This document shows positions 46,921 through 58,730 of a stretch of 64,000 bases of DNA, piece by piece (position 1 is the stretch's first letter; each line of letters starts with the position of its first letter). The translations under genes were made by a program, and so were the position numbers. Origin of the DNA: Callorhinchus milii (Eukaryota); assembly GCF_018977255.1 (NCBI RefSeq), contig NW_024704742.1, positions 126,110,001 to 126,174,000 of the forward strand, read 5' to 3'. Below the pieces are notes generated by a model. The model was not told the origin of the DNA and ran no database searches. It saw nothing but the letters and a program-made list of their open reading frames with translations.

Positions 46921-47399
46921 GAGATTTTTGTCATTGCAGTTGCTACACTAAAAAATCCATACATTGTACCAAGTGAGATACTGGACAAAGCGCTTTGAGA
47001 CATTTGTGAAATGCTTTGATGTGTCTAGATGATGCGTTAAGGTGCTATATCAAATGCAAGGATTATTATTGTTCTAAATGGATCAGAAATCTGGGAGTTC
47101 AGCACTTTGTTTTCAGCAAGTGCACTTAATTAATTGAATCTGGGTGAAGACAGCAAGAATTTCATCAAACAATGGGTCAAAGGTTTTCTCCCCATAAAGG
47201 TAAATTAGAGCAGCTTTAAATACTAACATTTGATACAGCACCTTAACGCATCAAAATGTTTTAAAGAGCTTCATAGGATTTACATTCCCCTACGTACAGT
47301 ATCTTGCCCTGACAGGCTTGCAAATATTGAAAACTCGGTGCATGAGAAGTCTTAAAGAGAAGGTTAGATGTTCCAACATCCTCCAGCACACTTGACATA

Positions 47400-47905
47400 C
47401 AATAATCCTTGCATTTAATATAGTGCCTTCATTGTGTTGTTGAGACTTCTCAAAGCACTTTACAGTATTTTCTGCACTGCAGTGACCATGTATTTTGTAG
47501 GTGAAAGCAACAGCCAATTTGTGCACAGTAACATCCCACAAACAGCCATAAAGTGAATGATCAATTTTATCTGGGGTATTATTGGCCAGGATACCAGGAG
47601 AAACTCCCTTCTCTTTTCCAAATAGTGCCTTGGGATCCTTAACATCCATGGCCAGCGTCTTGGGACATCCTCCTGACAAGAAAGGTGCTATACAAATGTA
47701 ATTTGTTGTTATTGTCAATAGGCAAGCAGGAACTCAGTTTAACATATATTCCAAAGGATAGCACCTCTGATAATGTAGCACTCTCCCAGGACTAGGTGAG
47801 TCAGCACTGCTTTGAAGTGTCAGCCTAGAGTTCAAAGCCCAATATGGGGCTTGGACAGACTTCTAACTCAGAGGTAAGAGTGCAAATAACTAAGACAGAC
47901 TAAGT
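47400..47905 (-). mobile_element. Old Deu-domain SINE with an L2 tail inserted (+, 47653-47715)
   Basis: AATAATCCTTGCATTT tail; TTGGCCAGGATACCAGGAGAAACTCCC; CTAACTCAGAGG head. Confidence 0.9.
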
Positions 47906-48061
47906 ACATTGCATAAGAATAATCCACTAGGTCAGATTTAACTATAGGAGTTCAAGACGAGAAGATTAAAGACTCATAAAGGGATGACTGTTCTATCTGA
48001 TGGTGCTGCTCCTGATATCAATTTTCCATACATAAAAGATAAAATTGTCAGGTGCTCTTAC

Positions 48062-48150
48062 ACATGCTGTGAGACAGTTATGTCACTGGACCTCAGAACT
48101 TTAAATACTTTGTTGCACATGTACGCAAAGAAGGCTTTGACACTGTGCCC
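48062..48150 (-). CDS. Weak candidate exon (89 nt): GHSVKAFFAYMCNKVFKVLRSSDITVSQH
   Basis: Acceptor gttgtttttatttggcag, donor TGT|gtaaga, open in phase 0 only. Confidence 0.22.
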
Positions 48151-48607
48151 CTGCCAAATAAAAACAACTATTCTTTGAATGGAAATAGCTCCTTATTTCA
48201 GGTATTTTATTCCAATAAAATGACCAGAGCTGTTCAAAGTGGAAACAAAGTCTAGGTAGATAATCTTAAACCTTTAATCTGTCTAATGTGAATTAGCAGG
48301 TAAATCTAACAGACATGGTGTGATGTCAAATACAGTTCACTCAGGAGCTACTTGGTTGATTTGGGTCATTGATTGTGGACTCGTGTTTATGAGTCACCTT
48401 CATCCACATGTGAAATCCTCTGTATTGTTCTTGACTTTTGTAATTATAATATTTTTTGAGCTAATAGCCAGGCGTATCAATGCCTACCAGTGTTCATAAC
48501 AGGCCTTTAAAGCTAATTGTGTTGTGTTTTTTGGAATGAATTCTATTACTAAAATGTGACCTTCTCCTCAGCCTTAACCTTTTTACTGATTGAAGTAACT
48601 ACACTGG

Positions 48608-48620
48608 GTTAATCATTAAC
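48608..48620. promoter_or_regulatory. HNF1 palindromic site
   Basis: GTTAATCATTAAC matches GTTAATNATTAAC exactly. Confidence 0.5.
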
Positions 48621-48631
48621 TCTTATTGTGT

Positions 48632-49024
48632 GCTAGCCTGGCACTCTCTCCTCTGTGGTTGTGGGTTCAAGCCCCACTTTCGGATTTGGAATCACATAGT
48701 GTAAGATGACACTCCAATGCTGTGTTGGGGGGCGTAGTGGGGGGTGTTGCATTGTCGGAGGCACCGTCCTTTGGATGAGATGTTAAACTGAGGTCCCATC
48801 TGCCTGTTCAGGTGGAAGTTAAAGATCCTATTGCACTATTCAAAAAGAGAAGGGAGTTTCTCCCGGTATCCTGACCAAAAATCCTCAAATTAAAAAAAAT
48901 GTTTACTCACTCCATTGCTGCCACAAACTGGGTGCTGCGTTTCACCCACAAAATATACAGTCAATACACTTTACAGTATACCCTGTGAAGCACTATGACA
49001 CGTCTCTATGGACATGATAAGGAG
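48632..49024 (+). mobile_element. Old Deu-domain SINE
   Basis: GTGGGTTCAAGCCCCAC; GGAGGCACCGTCCTTTGGATGAGATGTTAAACTGAGGTCCC..TAAAGATCC. Confidence 0.92.
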
Positions 49025-49216
49025 TCTACCTAGACTCCTTGCTGAGGAGTGAGTGGGTTTCAGCGCACCTCGACAATCAGTGCTGTATTTTAAATATCAA
49101 ACTGAAAAAAAAGTTGTAACTCAATATAGAATCAAAAGGATACAAAATAATAATTGGCCTCAGGTTGAAACAAATGGCAGTCACTGGGAAAAGGAAATAT
49201 ACACTTACCTGGAGAA

Positions 49217-49236
49217 GTACTGCCACCTAGTGGGTG
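49217..49236 (-). promoter_or_regulatory. CTCF core motif
   Basis: Minus strand CCCACTAGGTGGCAGTA. Confidence 0.6.
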
Positions 49237-49331
49237 ACAGTTTATGCTGGCGTTAAATAAGATAAACTGCGCATTTTACCCCATAGAGTTAAAAATACCA
49301 GGATATATTTTGAATGATTTTTTCAGTTAAG

Positions 49332-49440
49332 CAACAACAAATTATATTTGTATAGCTCCTTTCACATCAGGAGGACGTCCAAGCACTCCGAGATGCTATC
49401 TTGCGTGAAGAGAGCTATATAAATGCAAGTTGCTGTTGCT
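49332..49440. mobile_element. Two solitary L2 tails joined head to head
   Basis: Minus-strand tail 49332-49385 and plus-strand tail 49381-49440, from two L2 subfamilies. Confidence 0.8.
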
Positions 49441-49449
49441 ATTTTTTTG

Positions 49450-50370
49450 TGTGCATTTTCAGATTTGAACTTTGGAACCAAATCAAGCCGATTCCTCTTG
49501 TACACAGCAGAACTATTGAAAATCTGAGCTGCATTGAACATTTTTCACATGAAGTTGAAGTCAAGGGTTACTTTAGATTTCTTGCTGGAATGAAAGCACA
49601 CTTCCAACTATCTTTTTCTGACAACCATCTTAGATACTCCCACATCCGAGACTTCTGGACATTCCTTCAGGTATGGTCATACTGTCAGTATTGCCCTTTT
49701 CCAATTTTGCCTTTGATGCTGTTATGCAAGTGACCTTTTAAAGAATCAAAGACTAGAAATGCTCTCCTCTTTAAAAGGGCTCCAGGCCTTTCATTCCACA
49801 ATTCTGCCCACTCTTTCATGCCATATAACTTCAATTTGCCTTTTTGGTACAGTTTCAGAATAATATCAAATGGCACTTTTTTTTCTTTGGGCAAAGAGTT
49901 CCTTTTGAAGTTTACAGCAATTTTCAATTTGGTTCCTTACACCAATGTGCTAAAGCCATAGTGACATGGTTTCTTCTATGTAAACGTGGAGGGAAGGTCA
50001 AGTCAAAACACAACGGCCACTCATCCATGTGCACCAACCAGTTCAGGTTATTTTCTCATTTTATTACAAAAGAGTCAACATTCTTATTATGTCTTCCCTG
50101 TCACGTAGCATTTCCTAGGAGGTGGAATTATTTCAAGCACAAGAATAATCCCAAACATGCACATTGATTGCACCATTTTAAGTCTTCATTCATTTCTCTT
50201 GCCATTGCAATAACTTTCCTGCTGATCATTTCCTCAAGCACATTGCAAATTTGCTCTTCCATTTACTTATAATCTGTAGGTTATAACTTTTTCCCAGAGT
50301 GCTGCCGTTAAACAGCAGTAATAGCTTGATATGCAGCTTCAAGACTACTTAACTTTCCTGCTGATCTTTT
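49450..50370 (-). mobile_element. Decayed pogo-family DDE transposase (POGK-like clade), pseudogenised
   Basis: Ordered remnants: MISRKVIAMAREM (CENP-B HTH-like), HMDEWPLCFD, NHVTMALA, FKRNSLPK..KG..GMKEW..WNERPGALLKRRAFLVFDSLKGHL, IPEGMS, FIPARNLK*P. Confidence 0.85.
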
Positions 50371-50584
50371 TTGAAGGAATCTTAGCGCATTCAAGGAAGC
50401 CACTCGTTCAATTGGATCAATGCTGGCTCATTTTGTGTTGTCGCTATCAAGAAAGATATGAAGCCTTGGTATATTTGTGTGGCAAAGGGTATTTCAAATC
50501 CCTTCTACTTCAAAAAGAGTACATTCTACCATCCGTCCATTGCTGCTGGTGTAGGATGTTGTGTTTCTGCACAGTGACTAATTT

Positions 50585-50750
50585 TATAATAATAGTAATC
50601 TTTGAATTTCTTATAGTACCTCATCACATTGTCAAGCATTTCATAGGAAAGTAAAGTAATGTTGCTATGTGTATCTAGTGGATAAATGTGGCAGCCAATT
50701 AGGCACACAGTAATGTCCCTCAAACAGTAATGGAGTGAGTAACCAATTTT
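50585..50750 (-). mobile_element. SINE 3' part
   Basis: ATAATAATAGTAATC..; ATGTGGCAGCCAATT..CACAGTAATGTCCC.CAAACAG. Confidence 0.8.
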
Positions 50751-51131
50751 AACGTGGAATTTAAATAATGGCCAAAGAAGATAAACACGGTGTGATTTAT
50801 GAAGAGTCCTGACAAAGTGATGGCATTCGTACAAAAATACATTATTTTGAGGAATTCGATCCTCAGTATTATTTATAATGAGACAGAAATTAAATATTAG
50901 TCATCCATCTGGTAATAAAATATCTTGGACTCTATTTTCTGATGTCTCAGTCACCTATACAGCAAAATGAATCCAGGAGGAAAAATAACACTTTAGCTGT
51001 TCGGATATTTCAGTCACATCTCATTTTAAGATTTGGTTTCATTCTTTGGTGATCTGATTAACATTACAATTTTTAACAACTTTCATAGCGTTATATTCAC
51101 CCACAAAATATAGTCACTGCACTTTACAGTA

Positions 51132-51444
51132 TAATAATAATAATAATCCTTGCATTTGATATAGCGCTTTTCACATCTTCTAGATGTCTCAATGCGTTTC
51201 ACAGAATAGACTGTAAAGTGAATTGACTGTATATTTGTGGGTGAAACGCAGCAGCCAATTGCGCACAGCAGTGCCCCACAAACAGTCGTGGATTGAAAAT
51301 GACCAATTTATTATTGTTTTGTTTTGGAGGGATTATTATTAGGCGTGTGGAGTAAGGAAAGTTGCCCAAGGTTTCGCACTGCCTGGAATTGAACCCAGGT
51401 GTCTCGCTTGCAAGGCGAGCGCTCTAACCACTGAGCTACAGGAC
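51132..51444 (-). mobile_element. Young tRNA-Ala-headed SINE, short variant, full length
   Basis: Reverse complement closely matches 40566-40893. Confidence 0.96.
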
Positions 51445-51626
51445 AGTATATCCTGAGAAGAGCTTTGTGACTTCCTCCCAATGTGAAAGACCCTATACTA
51501 TTATTATTATATATATATATCAAAATGTAAAGATAAAATAAAAACTAAAGCATGTCTTGCACTGCATAGAGGCACTTGGATAAGGACTTTCTGCTGGGAA
51601 GTGTGAGGACTCAAACCTAGAATACT

Positions 51627-52445
51627 CAACAACAACAACAACTTGGATTTATATAACCCCCTCAATGCGGACGGCGTCTCAGAGTGCTTTACAGTAACGG
51701 ATCCCGGGGCCAAGCCAGGGGGATGGGGAGGAAGGTGACAAAAGGTGCGGTCGAAGAGAAAGGTCTTCAGCAGGGACCTGAAAATAAGAAGAGGGAGCAA
51801 GATAAAGGGAGTGAGGAAGGGAATTCCAGAGCCTCGGGGCATAGTAGCTGAAGGCACAGCCACCGAGTGAGGAGCGGAGGACTCGGGGGATGAGGAGGAG
51901 GCCAGACCCGGAAGAACGAAGGCAACGGCTACTGTTTTGAGGAGAGAGGAGGTCAGAGAGGTAGGGGGGTGCAGAGGAGTGGAGGGATTTGAATACAAGG
52001 GTGAGGATCTTGAAATCGATCCTCTCTGGGACAGGCAGCCAGTGCAGTCGGGCAAGGACTGGGGTGATCGGGGAGCGGAGTTTGATGCGGGTGAGAATGT
52101 GGGCGGCAGAGTTTTGAATGATCTGGATTTTATGGATGGTGGTGGATGGGAGGCCGGCGAGGATGGCATTAGAATAGTCTAGCCGAGAGGTGACAAAGGC
52201 ATGGACTAGGATTTCAGCAGCTTTCGGAGAGAGGTATTGGCGGAGATGGGAGATGCGTCGGAGGTGGAAGAAGGAGGTGCTGGTGAAGGACCGGATGTGG
52301 GGGAGGAAGCATAATTGGGGGTCGAACCTGATGCCCAGGTTGCATACGGGTTCGAAGAGTTTTAGTGGGAGGTCGGGCAGGTGGAGGAGGTGAGAGCCGT
52401 GAGATTTTAGATGTTGATGAGAGCCAAAGAGTATGGCTTCCTACT
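51627..52445 (-). mobile_element. L2 LINE 3' ~800 bp, CpG-rich (relatively young)
   Basis: Antisense strand encodes HAFVTSRLDYSNAILAGLP, LHWLP and 3' tail (TTG)n; ORF 51507-52169 is an alternative frame. Confidence 0.95.
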
Positions 52446-52579
52446 CAAACACAAGATCAGTGTTTTATAAGACAAACATCTGGATTGAGTGGCATAATTG
52501 CAAAAGACATTCTTCAGAGAACTGAAGGAAGATCTGAATAATTCTGATAGCTCAACCAGTAAGAATAATCCTTGAATTT

Positions 52580-53650
52580 GAACTATCCTTGGCCCCTGCC
52601 TCTTTCTGATTTACATGCACCTGCTGAGTAATGTATCCATAGACACAGGGTCAACTTCCACATGTTTTTGGACAACACACATTTACTTTTCATCCTCCAC
52701 GATCCCAGGTCTACTTGTGTTCTGTCCTCTTGCTTGTCAGATATCAAGGACGGGATGAGCACCAACTTTCTGCAGCTGGATGTTGACAAGATAGATGCTA
52801 TTTTTCTTGGCTCCTGTTCAATGTCTTCTCACCTGTGCCTCCAATCTCCTTAGTATCCCCGGCTTATCCCTCAGATTCACTGAACTTGTGCACAACCTGG
52901 GCATCAGCTTCGTTTCCCAGTGAACCTTTCTACCACACATCCAGTTCCTAACCAGGTCCATTCTCTTCCACCTCCACCATACCTCGCACGAAAAGCAATT
53001 GAAACTGTTGCTTCTTATCTTAATTTTTCCAATGTACTCCATCCCACAGTCCATTCACCTCGCCCCCTCCCTTGCCTCCTTCAAGACCCTCCTCTTTGAC
53101 CATGCCTTTGGTCACCTTCCCACCCCTACTCTCCCTGCCTTCCAACCTCCTGATCCTAACCCCCAGCTTGGGTACAAATCTTTGACTATCCAGCGCTTTG
53201 GGATGTCCTCCCAACATGAAAGGCGCTATACAAATGTAATGTGTTGTTGTTGTTGCTTGTCTCTACTATTCAGAAAATCCAATTGATTAAGAACTCTGCC
53301 ACTTAATTTCTCCACCTGTGCTTCTTCGACCTACTTATACCCCATTACTCTGTCTGCCCCCTTCACTCAGCTGACTCTGGCCTCTGAACCTCCCTCGTCC
53401 CTTCCGCTCCACCATTACCGGCCATGCTGTCAGCCACAAATCTCTGAAACTCTGGAACTCTCTGCCTCAATTCTTGCACCTTGACCCTCCTTGCCCATCT
53501 TCAGATCACACCTGTAGACCTTCCTCTTTGTAGCTTCGGGCATGTGCCCTCTCTCTCTCTGGCTCAATACCAAGCTCCATCACTTTTAAGCATTCCAGGA
53601 GCCTACGCTGTGAGGGTGCTATAAAATGCAAGTTGTTGTTGTTGTTGTTG
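52580..53650 (+). mobile_element. Old L2 RT-to-tail remnant with a nested younger L2 3' end (~53030-53255)
   Basis: VNFHMFLDNTHL..LSSCLSDIK..NFLQL..DK; two separate (TTG)n tails ending ~53255 and ~53650. Confidence 0.88.
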
Positions 53651-54765
53651 AATTAAATGTTAATCTTTGCCCAGTATTTGCATAATATTATGCTGTATGG
53701 TAACTACAGTGTGCATCTATCTGGATTTATACAGATTTCACTGCACAATGGCTTGGAAATCTTTCACTACCTCATGAAATTCAAGACATTCCATATTCAC
53801 CAGGAGCAGAAATTATACCTGGGACTAGATTTACTTTGCTTTGTTAGCATTTCATAGCATTCAGAAATTGGCAAATTCTTAAATAAAGTCTTTGGTTTGA
53901 AGTTTGAATGTTCTGTAAGTTCCTTTAAGTAAATCTAGGCCCCAGTGCAACTTCTTTCCCTAGATGAGTGATGGGTGTCACTGGCCTGCAGCTGTCGGCT
54001 GTGACAAAGAGTCCCTGGTTTTGCACATAACACAAACAACCCAGCAAACGTCTCTGGCAACAGGTGGGAGATCCTCACTGCTTGATTCACAGAAGCTATA
54101 GATTCCATTATAGACTTGGATCTTGTGTGTTTGAAGGGATTGTGGTGTGTTCCTCCCAAGAGACATGTCATCCCTGTCAGATGCAGCTTTCTCATGAAAG
54201 ATCCTGAGAAGCCTTAAGAATCACTCAATGGTAACAAATGCGGTACACTTATCTGTGGAAGCATTAGAAATTCAGAGTTTATTGAATGTTAATGTTCGTC
54301 AGGGACTTCTCAATGCCAAAGACAGAAAATGCCACTCTTAATTAACATAATGTAGGCACACACCTAAACATCGAATGCCTGAAAGCCTTAGTAAGTGTTG
54401 TTGGCATGCACTTTGCTTCATGTACTCTGGTATTCTATTACATCTTTCCAACTGAAAAGAGACAGTAGACATTATATCAAATGCGAGGACTTTTTTTTTA
54501 TTTTATTCTTTCTATCACTTGCCAGTTTCAGCAGCAGGTTCTAATGCCAAAGTGCTGTCATCATCATCCTGGAGGCTGAAGCACTGAAAAATCACTGGCT
54601 CACACTGTGACAGCTATGTCCCAGGTATCCAGCTGTCCTGTGCACTCAATGTATTTTTCTGATTGAGCTCCAGTTCAGTGCTTGGAACTTTTTCTATACA
54701 ATAATTGATTTTTTTTTCTCTGCAGTTGGAAGTATTTTTATTCCGTTTCTCAACTGATGGCTTAT

Positions 54766-54986
54766 ATAATAATAATAATCCTTGCATTTGATATTGCGCC
54801 TTATCACATCATTGAGAGGTCTCAAAGCGCTTCACAGAATATACTGTAAAGTGTAGTGACTCTATATTTTGTGGTGAAACGTGGCAGGCAATTGCACACA
54901 TCAGTGTCTCACAAACAGTCGTGGATTGAGTGACCAAATCATTATTATTTTTTTGAAAGGATTATTACCCCCAGAAAGCGATCCAA
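54766..54986 (-). mobile_element. tRNA-Ala-family SINE (long variant) lacking head
   Basis: Matches 36536-36760. Confidence 0.9.
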
Positions 54987-55148
54987 TATATCTCATATTT
55001 CCAATGGGTCTCTCCTGACGGTAGTGTTGTTATTGGTGCCAAAGAATATTTGGTTAAATTTTCTGTTCTGTACCAGAAATATATAATATTCTAAATTTGG
55101 TCCATACCCCAAATGTCCAATCTTTATTGTCACCAACATAATGAATAA

Positions 55149-55858
55149 TGTCAGCTTGGCTCAATTGGTAACACTCTTGTCACTGAGCCTGAAGGTTATG
55201 GGTTTAAGCCCACATCAGGACCTTGAGCTCATATTCTAGGCTGACATTCTAGTACTTTGTTGGGAAAGCTGTGCATTGTTGGAGGTGTTGCCCTTTGATA
55301 TGAAATATTAAACCAAGTCTGCCTGTTCACGTGGGCATTAAAGATCCCATACCACTATTTGAAAAGTAAAATAAGTTTCTCCCATCTATGTAACAATGCC
55401 CTAGATAAAATTGGTTATTTACGTCATGGCTGTTTGTGGACGTTGCTGTGTGCAAATTGGTTGCTGCATTTGCCTATAAAAAGTCAAATCACTACATTTT
55501 ATAGTAAATCCTGTGACGTCCTTTGAGATAATAATAATCCTTGCATTTGATATAGCGCCTTATCATGTTCTTGAGCCATCTGAAGTTTTTGCTTGTGTGT
55601 ATTTGTGGGTAAACACAGCAGCTGATGTGCATACAGCAGCGTCCCACAAACACCTATGACGTGAATGATCAGTTTTATCTGGGGGATTGTTGGCCAGGAT
55701 ATTGTGAGAAACTCTCTTCTCTTTTTGAATCGTGCCATTGGAGCTTTAACGTTCATTTGAATAAGTACACAATTCCTTGGTTTAATGTCTCATCTGAAGG
55801 ATGACAACTTGAACAATGCAGCATACCCCCAATACTACATTGGAGTGTCAGCCTAGGC
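55149..55858. mobile_element. Two old Deu-domain SINEs tail to tail (+ 55149-55520; - 55528-55858)
   Basis: TGTCAGCTTGGCTCAATTGGTAACACTCT head; opposite copy with AATAATCCTTGCATTTGATATAGCGCC tail. Confidence 0.9.
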
Positions 55859-56211
55859 GATGCATTGCCCTTGTGACGCCAAGGTTGCTACATCAAATCC
55901 AAAGATTATTATTATTGATGTTTTTGACAAATCATTTTGACAAGTCAAGACAAGATTTCTACACTGAACTCACTAAATCATCTTGTCAAGACATCTCAAG
56001 GAGTTTCACAAATTTTTTACTGTGGAGTGGAGTGACTGCGTGTTTATAAACAATGTGGCAGCCATTTGTCATTTTGGTTTTAAATCTGCCAGAAGTATGT
56101 TTTCAAGATGATGGTTCAGAATAGGTCATTTTCAAGTGAAATGTCCAGTTGTAACTTCAGTTGTAAGATAACCAATTTATTGATGTATCTACAACTATGG
56201 AAAGGCACAGG

Positions 56212-56396
56212 TACGCCTGAATAGGCAGACAAAATCTCAGTTAAACAACTGATCTGAAAGACGGCATCTCCAATAATTGAGCATTTCCCCAGCATTAGAG
56301 TGTCATCCTAGACTATGAGTTCAAAATCCCAAGATGGTTCTTGAACTGACAATCTTCTGACTCAGAGGTGAGAGTGCTACCACCTGAGTCAGGCTT
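56212..56396 (-). mobile_element. Old Deu-domain SINE 5' half
   Basis: ATCTGAAAGACGGCATCTCC...CTTCTGACTCAGAGGTGAGAGTGCTACCACCTGAGTC. Confidence 0.88.
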
Positions 56397-56675
56397 CCAC
56401 CCATATGTGCAACAAACGCTGATCTTTAGCAAGATTAGGAACATCTTCCAAAGTGTCACTTGTGTGGGATATTGATATATTTAAAGTTGCCAGGCAGCTT
56501 CACAAAAGGCTTGTCACTTTGCATTCGATGATTGTCGAAGCATGCACTCCATCAAGGCAGTGTGATTGCATTAAATGTTTCTATTAGCAAAAGGGCTTCA
56601 AGGTACAACAAAATCAATAATTTTGATGCATAAGTACGTCTGACAGAGAGCAAAGAGGAGCCTGGAGCTGCTTAC

Positions 56676-56810
56676 CATCCAATGTCCATGTGAACACATT
56701 CTCCAATCTATTATCAAATAGGAAATTGGAGTATGTTTTTATCAGTGCCGTTGAATTTTCATAGTCATTTGGATCAAGTGTAAAGGACACTTCTGCACTG
56801 CTGCATGTCA
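56676..56810 (-). CDS. Candidate internal coding exon (135 nt, phase 1/1): xTCSSAEVSFTLDPNDYENSTALIKTYSNFLFDNRLENVFTWTLD
   Basis: Acceptor tgtctttctccgtcag, donor ATG|gtaagc, 44 open codons, length a multiple of 3, unique sequence between repeats. Confidence 0.5.
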
Positions 56811-56899
56811 CTGACGGAGAAAGACATTTGAAAACTATTCTATTTTATTTCCTTGGCATGATGGCAGTAGTGAAGAGAAGCCAGTATTTGATTTTCTAA

Positions 56900-58170
56900 T
56901 GTGTGAAGCGATAGCCTTCAGTCATCACGCCTCTAACCTCTGGAACGCCTTGCCTCAATCCCTCGCTCCCTCTCTATCTAACTTTAATTCACACTTTAAC
57001 ATTTCCTCTTTAATCCTCCTATAGCCATCTTCCCCTCCTATTTCATCTTGCTTGAATGAAGCCCACCACTTGCCCCCTCGACCCCATCCCTACCTCTCTC
57101 CAGACTTCCTAGCTCTACGTCCTTACCCCTGCAAATAGACATTGTCAACCCTTCTTTGTCCATCACACATTTGCCATCCCCTTCAAAATAGCTGTCATTA
57201 CCCACATCCTCAAAAATCCTTCCCTCGGCCTATCGCTGTTCCCTAACTACCATTCCATCTCCAACCTGTCTTTCCTCTCAAAGGTAATGCAACAAGTTGT
57301 TGCTTCCAAGCTTTGCTGTTTCCTCGCCCTGCATGAACCTTTCCACTCCAGCTTCTGTGCTGCCCACAGTACTGAGCCTGCCATGGTCCAAGTCACAAAT
57401 GGCATTACCTCCATCTGTGATCAGGGCTATCTCTGTCTGTTTTTCTTGATCTCTCTGCTGCCATCAACATTCAACCATTCTATTCCTCTCCACTGCCTTT
57501 CCCCTCAGCTCCATTTTCACGGTTCTGACTTTACTTAGTTTCATTCTTACCTATCCCAATGATCTACTTCATAACTGCCAAGGGCTTCTCCACCCATCCC
57601 ACATCATCACATACAGAGTTCCTCAATATCTACATGCTTCTGTTCAGCGATGTTGTCCACAGGCATGGAGTTAACTTCCACCTGTGTACCAATGATATCC
57701 AACTCTATCTCTCTGCCTCCACTCCCGATTACAGGACTACTGCTATTCTGTCTAATTGCCTGTCATTTCAAGTCCTGGATGATAGATAACTTTCTTCAAT
57801 TAAGTGTTGACAAGACAGAGGCTCTCCTGCTTGGCTCCTGTTAGTGCCTTCTCCCCGCAGGCACTGACAACATCAATCTACATGGATGCACACACCAATT
57901 CACAGAGCAGGTGCTGAACCTCAGTGTCTTGTTCGACTCTCAACATTAAACCTCACATCCATACCTTGATCCGTTCAACTTTCCCCCACTTCTGCAACAT
58001 TGTCAACTTCCATCATTACCTCTCCCCTGGGGCTGCTGAGAACCTTATCCAGGCTTTTATCATGTTCAGGCTTAATTCCACTAATTCTCTCCTCATTGGA
58101 CTACTCAACTTTTCCCTCCACAAGCTGCAGACTATTCAGTACTCTGCAACTCGTGTCCTCTCTAGCATTA
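56900..58170 (+). mobile_element. Old L2 remnants: short 3' fragment (56900-57040) and RT region (57060-58170)
   Basis: LDPIPT, NY.SISNLSFLSKV, F.AAHSTEPA, HGVNFHLCTNDIQLY, NFLQLSVDKTEALL, LIQAFI.FRL..NSLLIGL. Confidence 0.9.
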
Positions 58171-58730
58171 ACCTTCGCAAATATATCTAATACATATATA
58201 TGTATTAACACTCGTGTGTGCATCTGTGTGCCTATGTGTGTGTTTGTGTAAATATAATGTATGAAGGGAGATTAATAATAACAGTAGACATTTGTTTCCC
58301 ATTTCCTATAAGAGGTCAGCAAGTGATGTGTCCTTTAGGACTGCTGGAAATAATGGAAGGTTGTCTGCAAGGAGGAGAGCTCGAGAATTTGTTACCTCAA
58401 TGCCACAGAGCTAAATCACCCATCTTTCATTACTAAGTGACTTTTAACAACTTAATTCAATTCATTAGCGCAATTGTGACACAGTAATTACCACTGCTAG
58501 AAATCCCTTCTCCATCCCGGATTAATGAACATTACTTAAACCTGGGAGAAAAAAATTATTTTTGAAAAGACTTGGGGAGAAAACTTCAAAGAAAGAGAAG
58601 ATGCAGAATTGAACAGAACATGATCCAGCAGCCAGCCTGTCTCTAATCTGACATTTAAAGAGTATTTGATGAAATAGAGAGTTACTCTACCCTTCCAAGT
58701 AGTGAATTTACAGATATGGGCAAAATGCTC

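Noticed and set aside
51507..52169. 220-aa Pro/Ser-rich ORF, the longest in the track
   Set aside because: Alternative frame of a C-rich L2 ORF2 3' end; same for 60954-61496, 9598-10064, 5387-5827 and 45893-46308.
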